From positions 1 through 63,038 of the forward strand of contig JBGUYG010000030.1 of the NCBI GenBank assembly GCA_045118535.1: a stretch of DNA of 63,038 nt, in the 5' to 3' direction. Below, one piece after another: positions 17,096-25,958 of the stretch (within the stretch, counting starts at the first letter, position 1; each line of letters opens with the position of its first letter). Both the position numbers and the translations under genes were made by a program. This DNA is from Paludibacteraceae bacterium (GTDB lineage: Bacteria > Bacteroidota > Bacteroidia > Bacteroidales > Paludibacteraceae). The notes beneath the pieces are model-generated. The model was given only the letters and a program-made list of their open reading frames with translations. It did no database searches and had not been told where the DNA came from.

Positions 17096-18141
17096 CACAA
17101 CAGCGTGGATAACTTCTTATCCAAATCCTCAAATTTTTCAATGCGTTCTATCACGATGCCGTCCTTATCCAGCAAGTAAAGCGTTGGGATATGCACGATA
17201 TTGTACAACTGAAACGCCATATCGCTCTCTTCTCGCACCGTAATCCACGGCAACGCTTCTACAGCTTGTTCCCAAAGCAGTTTATTTTTGTCAGCCGAAA
17301 CGGAGAAAATCGCAAACGCTTTTTGGTTGTATTTGTTGTACAGTTCCCGCAACTGCATGTAGTAATCGTTGCTGTTTCGCATGGTCGTAGCCGAAAAATC
17401 CAACAGCGTGTATTTCCCTTTGCATTCGCTCAACGCACGTTCTTTGCCGTGATTGTCGGGTAGTTTAATTTCCAAAAACGAGTTTTCGGCGTCTTGGATG
17501 AGTTGCTGGATTTTTGCCGAGTTTTGGGCTTTGCGTTCGTTGGTCAGCACCTCCAACACTTGATTATAAAGCGTTTTGGAGCGAGTACTTTTGCCTTGTT
17601 TGAGGTTAAAAGCCGTTGCCACCGACTGAAAATAACGCCTATCTTGGTGGTCAAAAATATCAAACACATATTTCCCATCTTTGTACTGGAACAAAGCGTA
17701 ATACGAAGAAAGTGCCGCGGGATTTTGCAAAATCAGTTGTTGGGCAAGCAGTTTATGTGCCTCCACCGTATTGAGTTGCAACGATTGACGCAAAAGCATA
17801 ATGGCTTTACTATCTTCACTACCTTCCACCGTAGCATACAACGCCAAACTATCTGCCGTAGCACGCACCGAAATCATCTCCGTTGAATCCACCGTGAGGT
17901 ATAAAACGTTGTCTTGCAGCCGAATACGATACAAGTCGGGATACTGCGGTGGGGTGCCTTTCAACACAAAATGACCGCTTTTAGATAGCTTGGTCGAATC
18001 CAGTACGGTCGTCTTGGTCAAATCCACATATTCCAAATAAATCATGCCTTCACCGTCCGTGATGTTGCCTTCTACCTTAAAAGTGGGCTTGCAAGCGTAG
18101 CAAAGAGCAATTAGCGAGAGAGTTAAAATGTATTTTTTCAT
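17095..18141 (-). CDS. thioredoxin-fold (TlpA/AhpC-like, DUF4369-type N-domain) lipoprotein lacking an obvious CXXC
   Basis: Lipobox LIALCYAC, an N-terminal FKVEGNITDGEG...YLEY domain, and a C-terminal thioredoxin-like segment (YTLLDFSATT...IPTLYLLDKDGIV) without catalytic cysteines. Confidence 0.6.
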   Translation of the reverse strand: MKKYILTLSLIALCYACKPTFKVEGNITDGEGMIYLEYVDLTKTTVLDSTKLSKSGHFVLKGTPPQYPDLYRIRLQDNVLYLTVDSTEMISVRATADSLALYATVEGSEDSKAIMLLRQSLQLNTVEAHKLLAQQLILQNPAALSSYYALFQYKDGKYVFDIFDHQDRRYFQSVATAFNLKQGKSTRSKTLYNQVLEVLTNERKAQNSAKIQQLIQDAENSFLEIKLPDNHGKERALSECKGKYTLLDFSATTMRNSNDYYMQLRELYNKYNQKAFAIFSVSADKNKLLWEQAVEALPWITVREESDMAFQLYNIVHIPTLYLLDKDGIVIERIEKFEDLDKKLSTLL

Positions 18142-18740
18142 TTGAAGATAAGAACTAAATTTCCGAACATCAATTTTACGGCAATCGCCATGACGATAAT
18201 GCCAAAAAACTTACGAATGATATACAGTGTCGTTTGGCTCAAATGTTTCGAAAGCCAAGAAGTCCCTTTTAAGATGAGATAAAGTGCGATAATGTTGAGA
18301 ATAATAGCACAAATTACATCAAGGGTAGAATACTCTGCCGTGAGCGAAATAACGGCGGTAAACGTTCCTGGACCCGCGTACAACGGAAAAGCCAACGGCA
18401 CAATGTTCACCGACCCCGTGTATTGCAATTCGGGGGTGGTTAAAAAAGTCATATCAAAAACCATCTCCATTGACATCAAAAAGATGATAAAACCACCTGC
18501 AATTGCAAAATACTCGATGGGGATATTAAACAATCGGAGCAACAAGTCGCCGAAAAACAAAAAAGCCATCAGAATAATAAAGGAAACAAGGCACACCACG
18601 AACGAATTGATTTTGAGTCCGCGGGCTTCCATATCAATCGTAACGGGGATGTTACCAACGGGGTCGATGATGGCAATCAAGAAAATAAATGCCGAAAAGA
18701 CACCAAAAAAACTTATTTGACCAAAAAAATCACTTATCAT
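18138..18740 (-). CDS. MarC-family (UPF0056) integral membrane protein
   Basis: A polytopic membrane protein of ~200 aa with a MarC-like sequence (IDPVGNIPV..., PLAFPLYAGPGT). Confidence 0.8.
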   Translation of the reverse strand: MISDFFGQISFFGVFSAFIFLIAIIDPVGNIPVTIDMEARGLKINSFVVCLVSFIILMAFLFFGDLLLRLFNIPIEYFAIAGGFIIFLMSMEMVFDMTFLTTPELQYTGSVNIVPLAFPLYAGPGTFTAVISLTAEYSTLDVICAIILNIIALYLILKGTSWLSKHLSQTTLYIIRKFFGIIVMAIAVKLMFGNLVLIFK

Positions 18741-19797
18741 GTTGTTTTTGTTTTATTTCAAGTCGTTTATAACGTTTTTGTCGCTGTTGCCAACGCTCTT
18801 TTGCATATTGTTGCATGTCGGCAATCGTGTCGCTTTCGTCCACAATTTCAAAGCCCAAAACGGTTTCGATGATGTCTTCCAACGTTAAAATACCTTGAAA
18901 ACAGCCGTATTGGTCAATGATAAGGGCGATTTGCGACTTTTGTTGCAACATCAAATTAAAGATATCCGAAACAGACGTGTCCTCGTTAAAAAACGGCATG
19001 GAACGTTTGATTTCGCCCAATGTAATGCTGAAATTATCTTCGGTCAAGTCCTCCAAAGCCTCATCTCGCAAAACGTAACCTGTGATGTATTCGGGCGAGT
19101 CTTTGTAGACAGGAATACGCGAAAAATGGTCGTATTTATCGGAATCGTAGTAACGTTTGAGGGTCATGTTTTCGGGTGCAATCGCCGCTACCACGCGTGG
19201 AGTCATAATGTCAGCGGCTTTGATGTTTTCCAAACGGATAATGTTTTGAATGATTTTACTTTCGTTCTTCTCAATCACGCCCTCTTCTTCGCTCACGTTC
19301 GCCATCGCCATCATCTCCTCGCGAGTAAACGTACTCTCGGTTTCGGGATGTTTAAAAATCCGCGAAAGTAACTCCACCAACAGCACAATGGGGAAAAGTA
19401 AGAAAATCAGAAAACGAATCGTTTTTGCCGTAAAACCAATCAGCGAACGCCAGTAAGACGAGCCAATTGTCTTGGGAATAATTTCGGCAAAAATCAAAAT
19501 CAGCAACGTAAAAATGGCACTACACAGTCCAAACAACTCATTGCCGAACAAAATCGTTACTTGTCTTCCGACACCCGCTGCACCAATCGTATTGGCAATT
19601 GTGTTGAGCGAAAGGATGGCTGCGAGAGGTCGTTCGGTATCTAATTTGTATTTTTTGAGCAACACGGCAGTTGCAGAGCCGCTTTCTTCCTTCATCGTGA
19701 GGTACGAGATGGTGGACGAGAGTAGCACCGACTCCAACAATGAGCATAAAAACGATACGCCCACTGCCATAAACATAAAAATAAAAAGCAAGGTCAT
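18730..19797 (-). CDS. CNNM/DUF21 + CBS-pair membrane protein (HlyC/CorC-type transporter family)
   Basis: An N-terminal DUF21 TM region (LLESVLLSS..., FAEIIPKTIG) is followed by a tandem CBS region (IMTPR...). The CorC_HlyC C-domain is absent. Confidence 0.85.
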   Translation of the reverse strand: MTLLFIFMFMAVGVSFLCSLLESVLLSSTISYLTMKEESGSATAVLLKKYKLDTERPLAAILSLNTIANTIGAAGVGRQVTILFGNELFGLCSAIFTLLILIFAEIIPKTIGSSYWRSLIGFTAKTIRFLIFLLFPIVLLVELLSRIFKHPETESTFTREEMMAMANVSEEEGVIEKNESKIIQNIIRLENIKAADIMTPRVVAAIAPENMTLKRYYDSDKYDHFSRIPVYKDSPEYITGYVLRDEALEDLTEDNFSITLGEIKRSMPFFNEDTSVSDIFNLMLQQKSQIALIIDQYGCFQGILTLEDIIETVLGFEIVDESDTIADMQQYAKERWQQRQKRYKRLEIKQKQHDK

Positions 19798-20077
19798 AAA
19801 AGCATCCCTATATTTTTGCTACAAAGATATAAAATAAAATAGATTTGCAACTATTTAGTTTTTTTATCACTTTTGTTAATGTCAATTTTGCAGGCTAACT
19901 TGCCTCTTGAAAAAACTTTGGGGTTGAAGAGAATACTATCAAGCGTAAACTCACACCTTTATTTAATCTCATTTTTTTTTCAATTCTTCGGCTGTAAGTA
20001 TGTTGGGTGTAACGTTATACTCAGCACATTTCGTTTTATTAACTCGTCTATGTTCTTCATAATGATTCATTAGCTTT

Positions 20078-21343
20078 TTACAACGTTACACTTTCAAACT
20101 GATTGATTTTTGTTGCGTCAAAAGGGCTCTCCATTTGGATATAATTATCGGTGAAACCGTACATTTTGCCGTTTTTTTTCTTCGCTTCCCACAGCACAGT
20201 CGCCTTTTGTCCTTTGCAGTTTTGCACGAATTCATCGTATTTTTTGGCTGAAAGCGTTTGCAAGATTTTGCTGCGACTTAGGCGTTCTTTTTTCGGCACG
20301 ACATGCAACGGCATATTGACCATCTTGGTGTTTGCACGCTCCGAATACGGAAAGACATGCAGACGCGACACGGGCAACGTCTCCATAAACTGCACATAAT
20401 CCGCAAAATACTCCTTCGTCTCGCCTCGAACACCCACCATACAATCCACACCAATGAACGCATACGGCAGTTTCTGGCGAATATACAGCACCCGTTGAGC
20501 AAACAATTCCCGCGAATAATGGCGTCGCATAAGCTTCAAAATCTCGTTATTGCCCGACTGCAACGGAATGTGAAAATGGGGTGCAAAATGCTTCGAAGTA
20601 GCGATGAAATCGATGATTTTTTCACTTAACAAGTCGGGTTCGCACGACGACACACGCACCCGAAAATGATGCTCGCACTCAATCTGCTCAATAGCCCCCA
20701 ATAAATCAATGAAACGCTCGTGGGTGCTTTTTCCAAAATCGCCGATATTCACACCCGTCAAAATAATCTCCTTCGTATCGTTCGCCAACACGTTGCGTAC
20801 CTCTGCCACGATGGCTTCAATACTTGCGTTGCGGCTCCTGCCACGAGCCAACGGGATGGTACAATAACTGCAAAAATAATCGCAACCGTCTTGGATTTTG
20901 AGGAAAACGCGGGTGCGACTTCCGTTGGTAACCTCCGAATCCGAAAACGAAACGGCAGGTTGAAAAACATCTCCCTTCCCAATCGGCGAAACATGCAAGG
21001 AAGGCTTTGTAAGGTCGGCTATCAAAGCAGGAATATCCTTCTTCTCGTTCATTCCTACCACCATATCTATCGGCAAGGTCGCCAAAATCTTTTCGGCATT
21101 CAGTTGGGCATAACAACCCGTAACGATGATTTTGATGTCGGGATTGAGTTTTTTGGCGTGGTGGATAAACTGCCTATCTTTGCTGTCGGCAGTGTCGGTT
21201 ACGGAACAGGTATTAACAACACACACTTTGGCCAACTGTATGTCGTCAGTCAAAGTGTGTCCATGGTCAATCAAATCTTTTCCTATTGCACTACTTTCTG
21301 CAAAATTGAGCTTACAACCTAATGTCTTAATGTATACTTCCAT
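20078..21343 (-). CDS. mtaB: tRNA (t6A37) methylthiotransferase MtaB (radical SAM, MiaB-like)
   Basis: The UPF0004 N-domain (TLGCKLNFAES, VNTCSVT), a radical-SAM motif CDYFCSYCTIP and a C-terminal TRAM-like domain are present. Length is 421 aa. Confidence 0.85.
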   Translation of the reverse strand: MEVYIKTLGCKLNFAESSAIGKDLIDHGHTLTDDIQLAKVCVVNTCSVTDTADSKDRQFIHHAKKLNPDIKIIVTGCYAQLNAEKILATLPIDMVVGMNEKKDIPALIADLTKPSLHVSPIGKGDVFQPAVSFSDSEVTNGSRTRVFLKIQDGCDYFCSYCTIPLARGRSRNASIEAIVAEVRNVLANDTKEIILTGVNIGDFGKSTHERFIDLLGAIEQIECEHHFRVRVSSCEPDLLSEKIIDFIATSKHFAPHFHIPLQSGNNEILKLMRRHYSRELFAQRVLYIRQKLPYAFIGVDCMVGVRGETKEYFADYVQFMETLPVSRLHVFPYSERANTKMVNMPLHVVPKKERLSRSKILQTLSAKKYDEFVQNCKGQKATVLWEAKKKNGKMYGFTDNYIQMESPFDATKINQFESVTL

Positions 21344-21364
21344 GGTCTGACACGTCGAATCGTA

Positions 21365-22234
21365 TCATCCGAGATAGGTCTTCAATACTTGGCTATAATT
21401 GCTGTTTTGCAACTTGCGTAAGGCTTTTTCTTTGATTTGACGAACGCGTTCGCGAGACAGGTCTAACTCGGCTCCAATCTCTTCCAACGAGCAGGGAGCA
21501 CAACCGATACCAAAGAAACGGCGTAACACAATCGCATCACGCGGTACAATGGTCCTTAAAACTTGGTCAATATCTTTCGCCAACGACTCGTGCATGAGGT
21601 TCTTGTCGGTTGCAACGGCGTTTTCGTTCTCCAACACGTCCAACAAACTGCTGTCGTCTGCGTCCGAAAAAGGCGCATCAATGCTTTGATGTTTACCGGA
21701 CATACGCATAATGTCCATGATTTTTGCAGCAGGCATATCCACTATTTCAGCCAATTCGGCAAGGGACGGTTTGCGTTCATTTTCTTGCTCAAAACGGGCT
21801 AAGGCTTTGGTGATTTTGTTCAGTGAACCCACTTGGTTTTGAGGCAAACGCACGATACGCGACTGCTCCGCGATGGCTTGCATAATAGATTGACGAATCC
21901 ACCAAACGGCATACGTGATGAACTTAAAACCTAACGATGGGTCGAATTTCTCTGCTGCACGAATCAAGCCCAAGTTGCCTTCTTCGATGAGGTCGGAGAG
22001 GCTCAAACCTTGATTTTGGTATTGTTTTGCCACCGACACCACGAAACGCAAGTTAGCACGGATAAGATGTGCTTTGGCTTCTTCGTCTCCGTTAGCCGCT
22101 TTGCTGGTGATTTCCACTTCTTTTTCAACGGTGAGGAGGTTCTCGCGACTAATTTCCAACAAAAACTTGTCCAATGAAGGCGACTCGCGGTCGGTGATGG
22201 ATTTTGTGATTTTTAATTGATGCATTGTTGCCAT
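21365..22234 (-). CDS. rpoD: primary RNA polymerase sigma factor (sigma-70 family, Bacteroidota sigma-A type)
   Basis: Regions 2-4 are conserved (LRFVVSVAKQYQNQGLSLSDLIEEGNLGLIRAAEKFD, YAVWWIRQSI, EEIGAELDLSRERVRQIKEKALRKL). The ~289-aa length is typical of Bacteroidota. Confidence 0.95.
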   Translation of the reverse strand: MATMHQLKITKSITDRESPSLDKFLLEISRENLLTVEKEVEITSKAANGDEEAKAHLIRANLRFVVSVAKQYQNQGLSLSDLIEEGNLGLIRAAEKFDPSLGFKFITYAVWWIRQSIMQAIAEQSRIVRLPQNQVGSLNKITKALARFEQENERKPSLAELAEIVDMPAAKIMDIMRMSGKHQSIDAPFSDADDSSLLDVLENENAVATDKNLMHESLAKDIDQVLRTIVPRDAIVLRRFFGIGCAPCSLEEIGAELDLSRERVRQIKEKALRKLQNSNYSQVLKTYLG

Positions 22235-22285
22235 AAAGAAAACTAATTTTTTAGGTAAAGATTAACTCTTTACGTGGTTGATACG

Positions 22286-22359
22286 TGATTCGGGCGGGAT
22301 TCGAACCCGCGACCCACAGCTTAGAAGGCTGTTGCTCTATCCAGCTGAGCTACCGAACC
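22286..22359 (-). tRNA. tRNA-Arg (anticodon UCU)
   Basis: The reverse complement GGTTCGG-TA-GCTC-AGCTGGATA-GAGC-A-ACAGC-CTTCTAA-GCTGT-GGGTC-GCGGG-TTCGAAT-CCCGC-CCGAATC-A forms a full cloverleaf. Confidence 0.9.
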
Positions 22360-22502
22360 GTGTTGGTTCGCCAATCCATTTGGCAAAAATCGGGCGAATG
22401 TATAATTAAATTTTGAATAAAACAAATCTTTTTATAGGGTGGTGCGACAATCGCAAATTTGGCAGAAAATAGTTCGAGTTTTTTGTATTCAAAGTTTATC
22501 CT

Positions 22503-22976
22503 CTACTTTTGTGATAAAACATCAGCAAAAAGTTGTTGAATATCTTGGATAACCGTATTGATGGCAAAATAATCTCTGTTAACTATCAATGACACGTAGA
22601 TATTGTCTGTTTGAAAATCAATTTTATGAAGCGAACCGTCATTCTCCTGTTTAAACCAACTATCAAACAGACGTTTACGAGCCCTTTCGCGTCCATCCGT
22701 TACATCGCATGTATAGCCCAAAATATGATTTTCGGTTTTGAAAAAATCGGCCAAGATAGTTATAATCGTGTCTTTCACTCGGCTATCGTATGGTGCAATG
22801 CCTTTTTCTTTTTCAAAAGAGAAGGAGTATAACTTGTAGAAAGTGGCTGGAAATTCAATAAAATACGCCCGATACTTCAAGCCATAGTCTGTCTTGAAAT
22901 AATACGTTGCATCGTCTGCTTTTTGAAAATTATATGGGCGTAACGAGTGTAAGTCCACGTTTTTTAGCCTCTGCAC
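22503..22976 (-). CDS. hypothetical protein (157 codons, no ATG anywhere in frame)
   Basis: Stop-free AT-rich frame. The track start is GTG and the protein has no internal Met. It overlaps the upstream 49-codon ORF by 47 nt. It is possibly one gene split at an A6 run (see findings). Confidence 0.5.
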   Translation of the reverse strand: MQRLKNVDLHSLRPYNFQKADDATYYFKTDYGLKYRAYFIEFPATFYKLYSFSFEKEKGIAPYDSRVKDTIITILADFFKTENHILGYTCDVTDGRERARKRLFDSWFKQENDGSLHKIDFQTDNIYVSLIVNRDYFAINTVIQDIQQLFADVLSQK

Positions 22977-23079
22977 TTACATTTTTACCCTCACGAATGC
23001 ACGCATTCAAGGCTTCCTTGTCTGCTTGTATCTTGTTGAAGAAAGCGGAAGCGTCTGATTTGAAAGTTTTTGTTTCCAT
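22930..23079 (-). CDS. 49-codon ORF (METKTFKSDASAFFNKIQADKEALNACIREGKNVSAEAKKRGLTLVTPI)
   Basis: An ATG start lies ~20 nt downstream of an exact TAnnTTTG box (TACTTTTG, minus strand, 23108-23101). It is either a separate small protein or the true N-terminus of the 22503-22976 frame. Confidence 0.35.
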   Translation of the reverse strand: METKTFKSDASAFFNKIQADKEALNACIREGKNVSAEAKKRGLTLVTPI

Positions 23080-23210
23080 AGTGGGTAATTTTTCTGATTG
23101 CAAAAGTATGTTTTTTTTGAAAAATAATCAAATAAATCTTAAAAATACCATGTCGTAACTTAAGACATTTACCACCTCTACTAAAATCATACCTCACGGA
23201 GAAACACATT

Positions 23211-23245
23211 GTAAAGCAAAAACCACCTCATAGACAATGAGATGG
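23211..23245 (-). terminator. Rho-independent terminator of the BACON lipoprotein gene
   Basis: On the minus strand, CCATCTCAT-TGTCT-ATGAGGTGG forms 9 bp (including one G.U), followed by TTTTTGCTTT. Confidence 0.6.
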
Positions 23246-23274
23246 CCAAAAATTATTCTTGTTGCACGAAATGC

Positions 23275-24807
23275 TTATTCTATATCTTGCACAAGGCGTA
23301 TAGGATAACGCTCATAGGAGGAAGTTGTCCACAAAGAAATGCTATGACTCTCCATATGGAAATGCACGTAGAGTGCCTTTGTGGCTACTGCCGCGGACTG
23401 TGTTGCTGACCAATAATTGCAATCGTTATAGGGCTCTGCCCATGGTAAAAACACGGCACCCACCTTCTCCAAAGAAGACCAAACCGACAGGTTAATTTCA
23501 GTTAAATCAGCCTCTGGATCCACAGGGATAGGCTCGACCCCAGCCATAGCAAATGAAAAATGATCGGGGTAAATGATAATTCCCGTAACGGTATCCGTAG
23601 CATTCGAACTATATCGCAAATGAACGAAGGAATAACTAATCTCACCATTAAATCTACGTCCTTCTAACAAGTGCTCCCATTCGGCTTTTGTCAATGTACG
23701 CCATGTTTTAGCAGGATGCGTGATGTCTCCCTCTTGGATGGCATTATCTCCCCAGTCAGACCAATCGGTGTTTACATCTGTATGCGTGGGTTTATTCCCT
23801 GACCCCCAAACGAACGCATCGATCCAACCTCCATAATTTGGCGAAATGAGGCTATTGTCACACGGTTTCGTGACACCTGCATCCTCCCAAAATACGGTAC
23901 TGGCACCTTTCGTGCCTGATTGCGTGGTGCCGTTTGCGACTCCATTACCACATCTATCAAACTGACGTTCGGCAAACCGCCACGTGCCAGAGGATGCTTG
24001 GTATTGCAAGTTGCCGGGCGAGACATGAACTTTTTGTTCGTCGCTGATAGAGAATTCACCCACCCGAAAAACAAATGGCTCACTTTGTTGTATGACAATC
24101 ATAAAAATAGAGTCGCCACTGCTCACCTGTATTTTGCCTTCGCGTCTGGCACCTTCGTTTTTTGTGAAGTTTATGTTTAAAGTGGCATATTCGCCTTTGT
24201 TGCCCGAAGTGGGAGAAACGGTCAGCCAATCGTTTGTCAAATTTTCAGCCGTCCAATTTTTTATATTGGATTTGAAAACAAAATCTTCACTGCCTGCCTC
24301 GTACGTTACGTTTGCTTGGAAGGTAAGCGTTTGTTTGCCACTGCCTGTTTCGTTGAGAACATATTTGTCAAACAGGGCGTTGTTGCCAAATTCAAAAGCA
24401 CCTAATGGACTTTGTTTTATAATAATCGTAAAGGTAGAATTGTCACTTCTCACAATGATTTTACCTTCGCGTTGGTTGCCTTCGTTTCTTTTGAAGTTTA
24501 TGTTTAATGTATATTCGCCTTGTTCGCCCGAAGTAGGGGTGACGGTCAACCAATTTTTTGCCAAACTTTCAGCCGTCCATTTGTTCACATTGGATTTAAA
24601 AGTAAATTTTTCGCTGCTCTCCTTGTACGTTACGTTTGCTTGGAAAGTAATTGTTTTATTATCGAGATGTTTGGTAAAGTTAGCATTGTTGCCAAACACA
24701 AAGGCGACTTGTCCATTTTCCGTATTAATTTCTGGACTATTTTTGGATTTTTTACAACCTAAGAGTAGCAATCCCATCACAGCAAATAGCAAAAATCTTT
24801 TCATCAT
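23275..24807 (-). CDS. surface lipoprotein with two BACON-like domains and a C-terminal Fib_succ_major-like domain
   Basis: Signal and lipobox MMKRFLLFAVMGLLLLGC. Two ~105-aa repeats each contain WLTV(T/S)PTSG...INF(K/T)(R/K)NEG..REGKI. The C-terminal part has WRTLTKAEWEHLL, as in the WRLP..EW..L paralogous domain. The track start at 24831 is TTG. Confidence 0.75.
   Translation of the reverse strand: MMKRFLLFAVMGLLLLGCKKSKNSPEINTENGQVAFVFGNNANFTKHLDNKTITFQANVTYKESSEKFTFKSNVNKWTAESLAKNWLTVTPTSGEQGEYTLNINFKRNEGNQREGKIIVRSDNSTFTIIIKQSPLGAFEFGNNALFDKYVLNETGSGKQTLTFQANVTYEAGSEDFVFKSNIKNWTAENLTNDWLTVSPTSGNKGEYATLNINFTKNEGARREGKIQVSSGDSIFMIVIQQSEPFVFRVGEFSISDEQKVHVSPGNLQYQASSGTWRFAERQFDRCGNGVANGTTQSGTKGASTVFWEDAGVTKPCDNSLISPNYGGWIDAFVWGSGNKPTHTDVNTDWSDWGDNAIQEGDITHPAKTWRTLTKAEWEHLLEGRRFNGEISYSFVHLRYSSNATDTVTGIIIYPDHFSFAMAGVEPIPVDPEADLTEINLSVWSSLEKVGAVFLPWAEPYNDCNYWSATQSAAVATKALYVHFHMESHSISLWTTSSYERYPIRLVQDIE
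24082..24717 (-). repeat. in-frame tandem duplication (~315 nt x 2) encoding the two BACON-like modules
   Basis: Protein repeats VAFVFGNNANF...TFTIIIKQS and GAFEFGNNALF...IFMIVIQQS align residue by residue. Confidence 0.6.
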
Positions 24808-24887
24808 AACTAACCAATTAAAACGTAGCAAAGGTACAATAAAAACGTAAGAAAAAATTATAAATTATAAAGTTATTAAAAAAAATG

Positions 24888-24895
24888 TATATTTG
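24888..24895 (+). promoter_or_regulatory. -7 promoter box TATATTTG upstream of fba
   Basis: An exact TAnnTTTG match lies 38 nt upstream of ATG 24933. It sits inside the spurious N-terminal extension of the ORF-track call. Confidence 0.4.
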
Positions 24896-24932
24896 CAGAG
24901 GTGTTTTGCAAACAAATAAAAATTCAGATATT

Positions 24933-25934
24933 ATGGTAAATTACAAAGAACTCGGCTTGGTGAATACGCGTGAAATGTTTGCCAAAGCCATCAAAGGCGG
25001 TTATGCAATTCCCGCTTTTAATTTTAACAATATGGAGCAATTGCAGGCTATCATCAAAGCAAGTGCCGAGACGAAAAGTCCTGTGATTTTGCAAGTAAGT
25101 AAAGGTGCCCGCAGTTATGCTAACCAAACCTTGCTTCGTTACATGGCAGAAGGTGCAGTGGAGTACGCCAAAGAGTTGGGTTGGGAAAAACCACAAATCG
25201 TGTTGCACTTAGACCACGGCGACTCGTTCGAACTCTGCAAGAGTTGTGTGGATACAGGCTTTTCGAGCGTGATGATTGACGGTTCAAGTCTGCCGTACGA
25301 TGAGAACGTGGCTTTGACACGCCAAGTGGTAGAGTATGCTCACAAGTACGACGTAACTGTGGAAGGTGAATTGGGCGTTTTGGCTGGCGTTGAAGACGAG
25401 GTGTCGTCCGAAGAAAGCCATTACACCAAACCCGAAGAGGTAATTGATTTTACAACCAAGACGGGCGTGGATAGCTTGGCTATCTCGATTGGTACGAGCC
25501 ACGGAGCTTACAAATTCAAACCCGAACAATGTACCCGTGACCCTAAGACAGGTCGTTTGGTACCTCCACCGTTGGCTTTTGATGTGTTGGATGCCATCAT
25601 GGTTAAGTTGCCAGGCTTCCCCATCGTGTTGCACGGCTCCAGTAGCGTGCCACAAGAGTATGTTGATATGATTAACCAATATGGAGGAAAGATGCCTGAT
25701 GCAGTAGGTATCCCCGAAGAGCAGTTGCGTCAAGCCTCGAAGTCGGCGGTTTGCAAAATCAACATTGATAGCGATAGTCGGTTGGCTTTCACAGCCGCGG
25801 TACGGAAAGTGTTTGCCGAAAAACCGGCTGAGTTTGACCCACGTAAGTACTGCGGTCCGGCTCGCGACTTGATGGAGGAACTTTACAAACACAAAATTCT
25901 CAACGTGTTGGGTTCAGATGGAAAAGCATTGTAA
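24933..25934 (+). CDS. fba: class II fructose-1,6-bisphosphate aldolase
   Basis: MVNYKELGLVNTREMF...PAFNFNNMEQ...HLDHG...GTSHGAYKF...LHGSSSVP are hallmark class II FBA motifs. Confidence 0.95.
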   Translation: MVNYKELGLVNTREMFAKAIKGGYAIPAFNFNNMEQLQAIIKASAETKSPVILQVSKGARSYANQTLLRYMAEGAVEYAKELGWEKPQIVLHLDHGDSFELCKSCVDTGFSSVMIDGSSLPYDENVALTRQVVEYAHKYDVTVEGELGVLAGVEDEVSSEESHYTKPEEVIDFTTKTGVDSLAISIGTSHGAYKFKPEQCTRDPKTGRLVPPPLAFDVLDAIMVKLPGFPIVLHGSSSVPQEYVDMINQYGGKMPDAVGIPEEQLRQASKSAVCKINIDSDSRLAFTAAVRKVFAEKPAEFDPRKYCGPARDLMEELYKHKILNVLGSDGKAL

Positions 25935-25958
25935 TTTTTTGATTAAATAAAATAGATT

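Noticed and set aside
19969-20070. 33-codon minus-strand ORF (MNHYEEHRRVNKTKCAEYNVTPNILTAEELKKK) ending in an A9 run, and the plus-strand ORF 19873-20073
   Set aside because: There are no recognisable motifs, no promoter box and no coding continuity after a hypothetical frameshift. It is probably a gene remnant or noise in the mtaB / CNNM intergenic region.
24885-24932. N-terminal extensions in the ORF track. Examples are fba from 24885, 36390, 39498, 49564, 4855, 4910, 5869, 24831, 59818 and 60669.
   Set aside because: Most begin at TTG/GTG or run through promoter boxes or terminator hairpins. A downstream ATG gives family-typical N-termini or stop/start overlaps.
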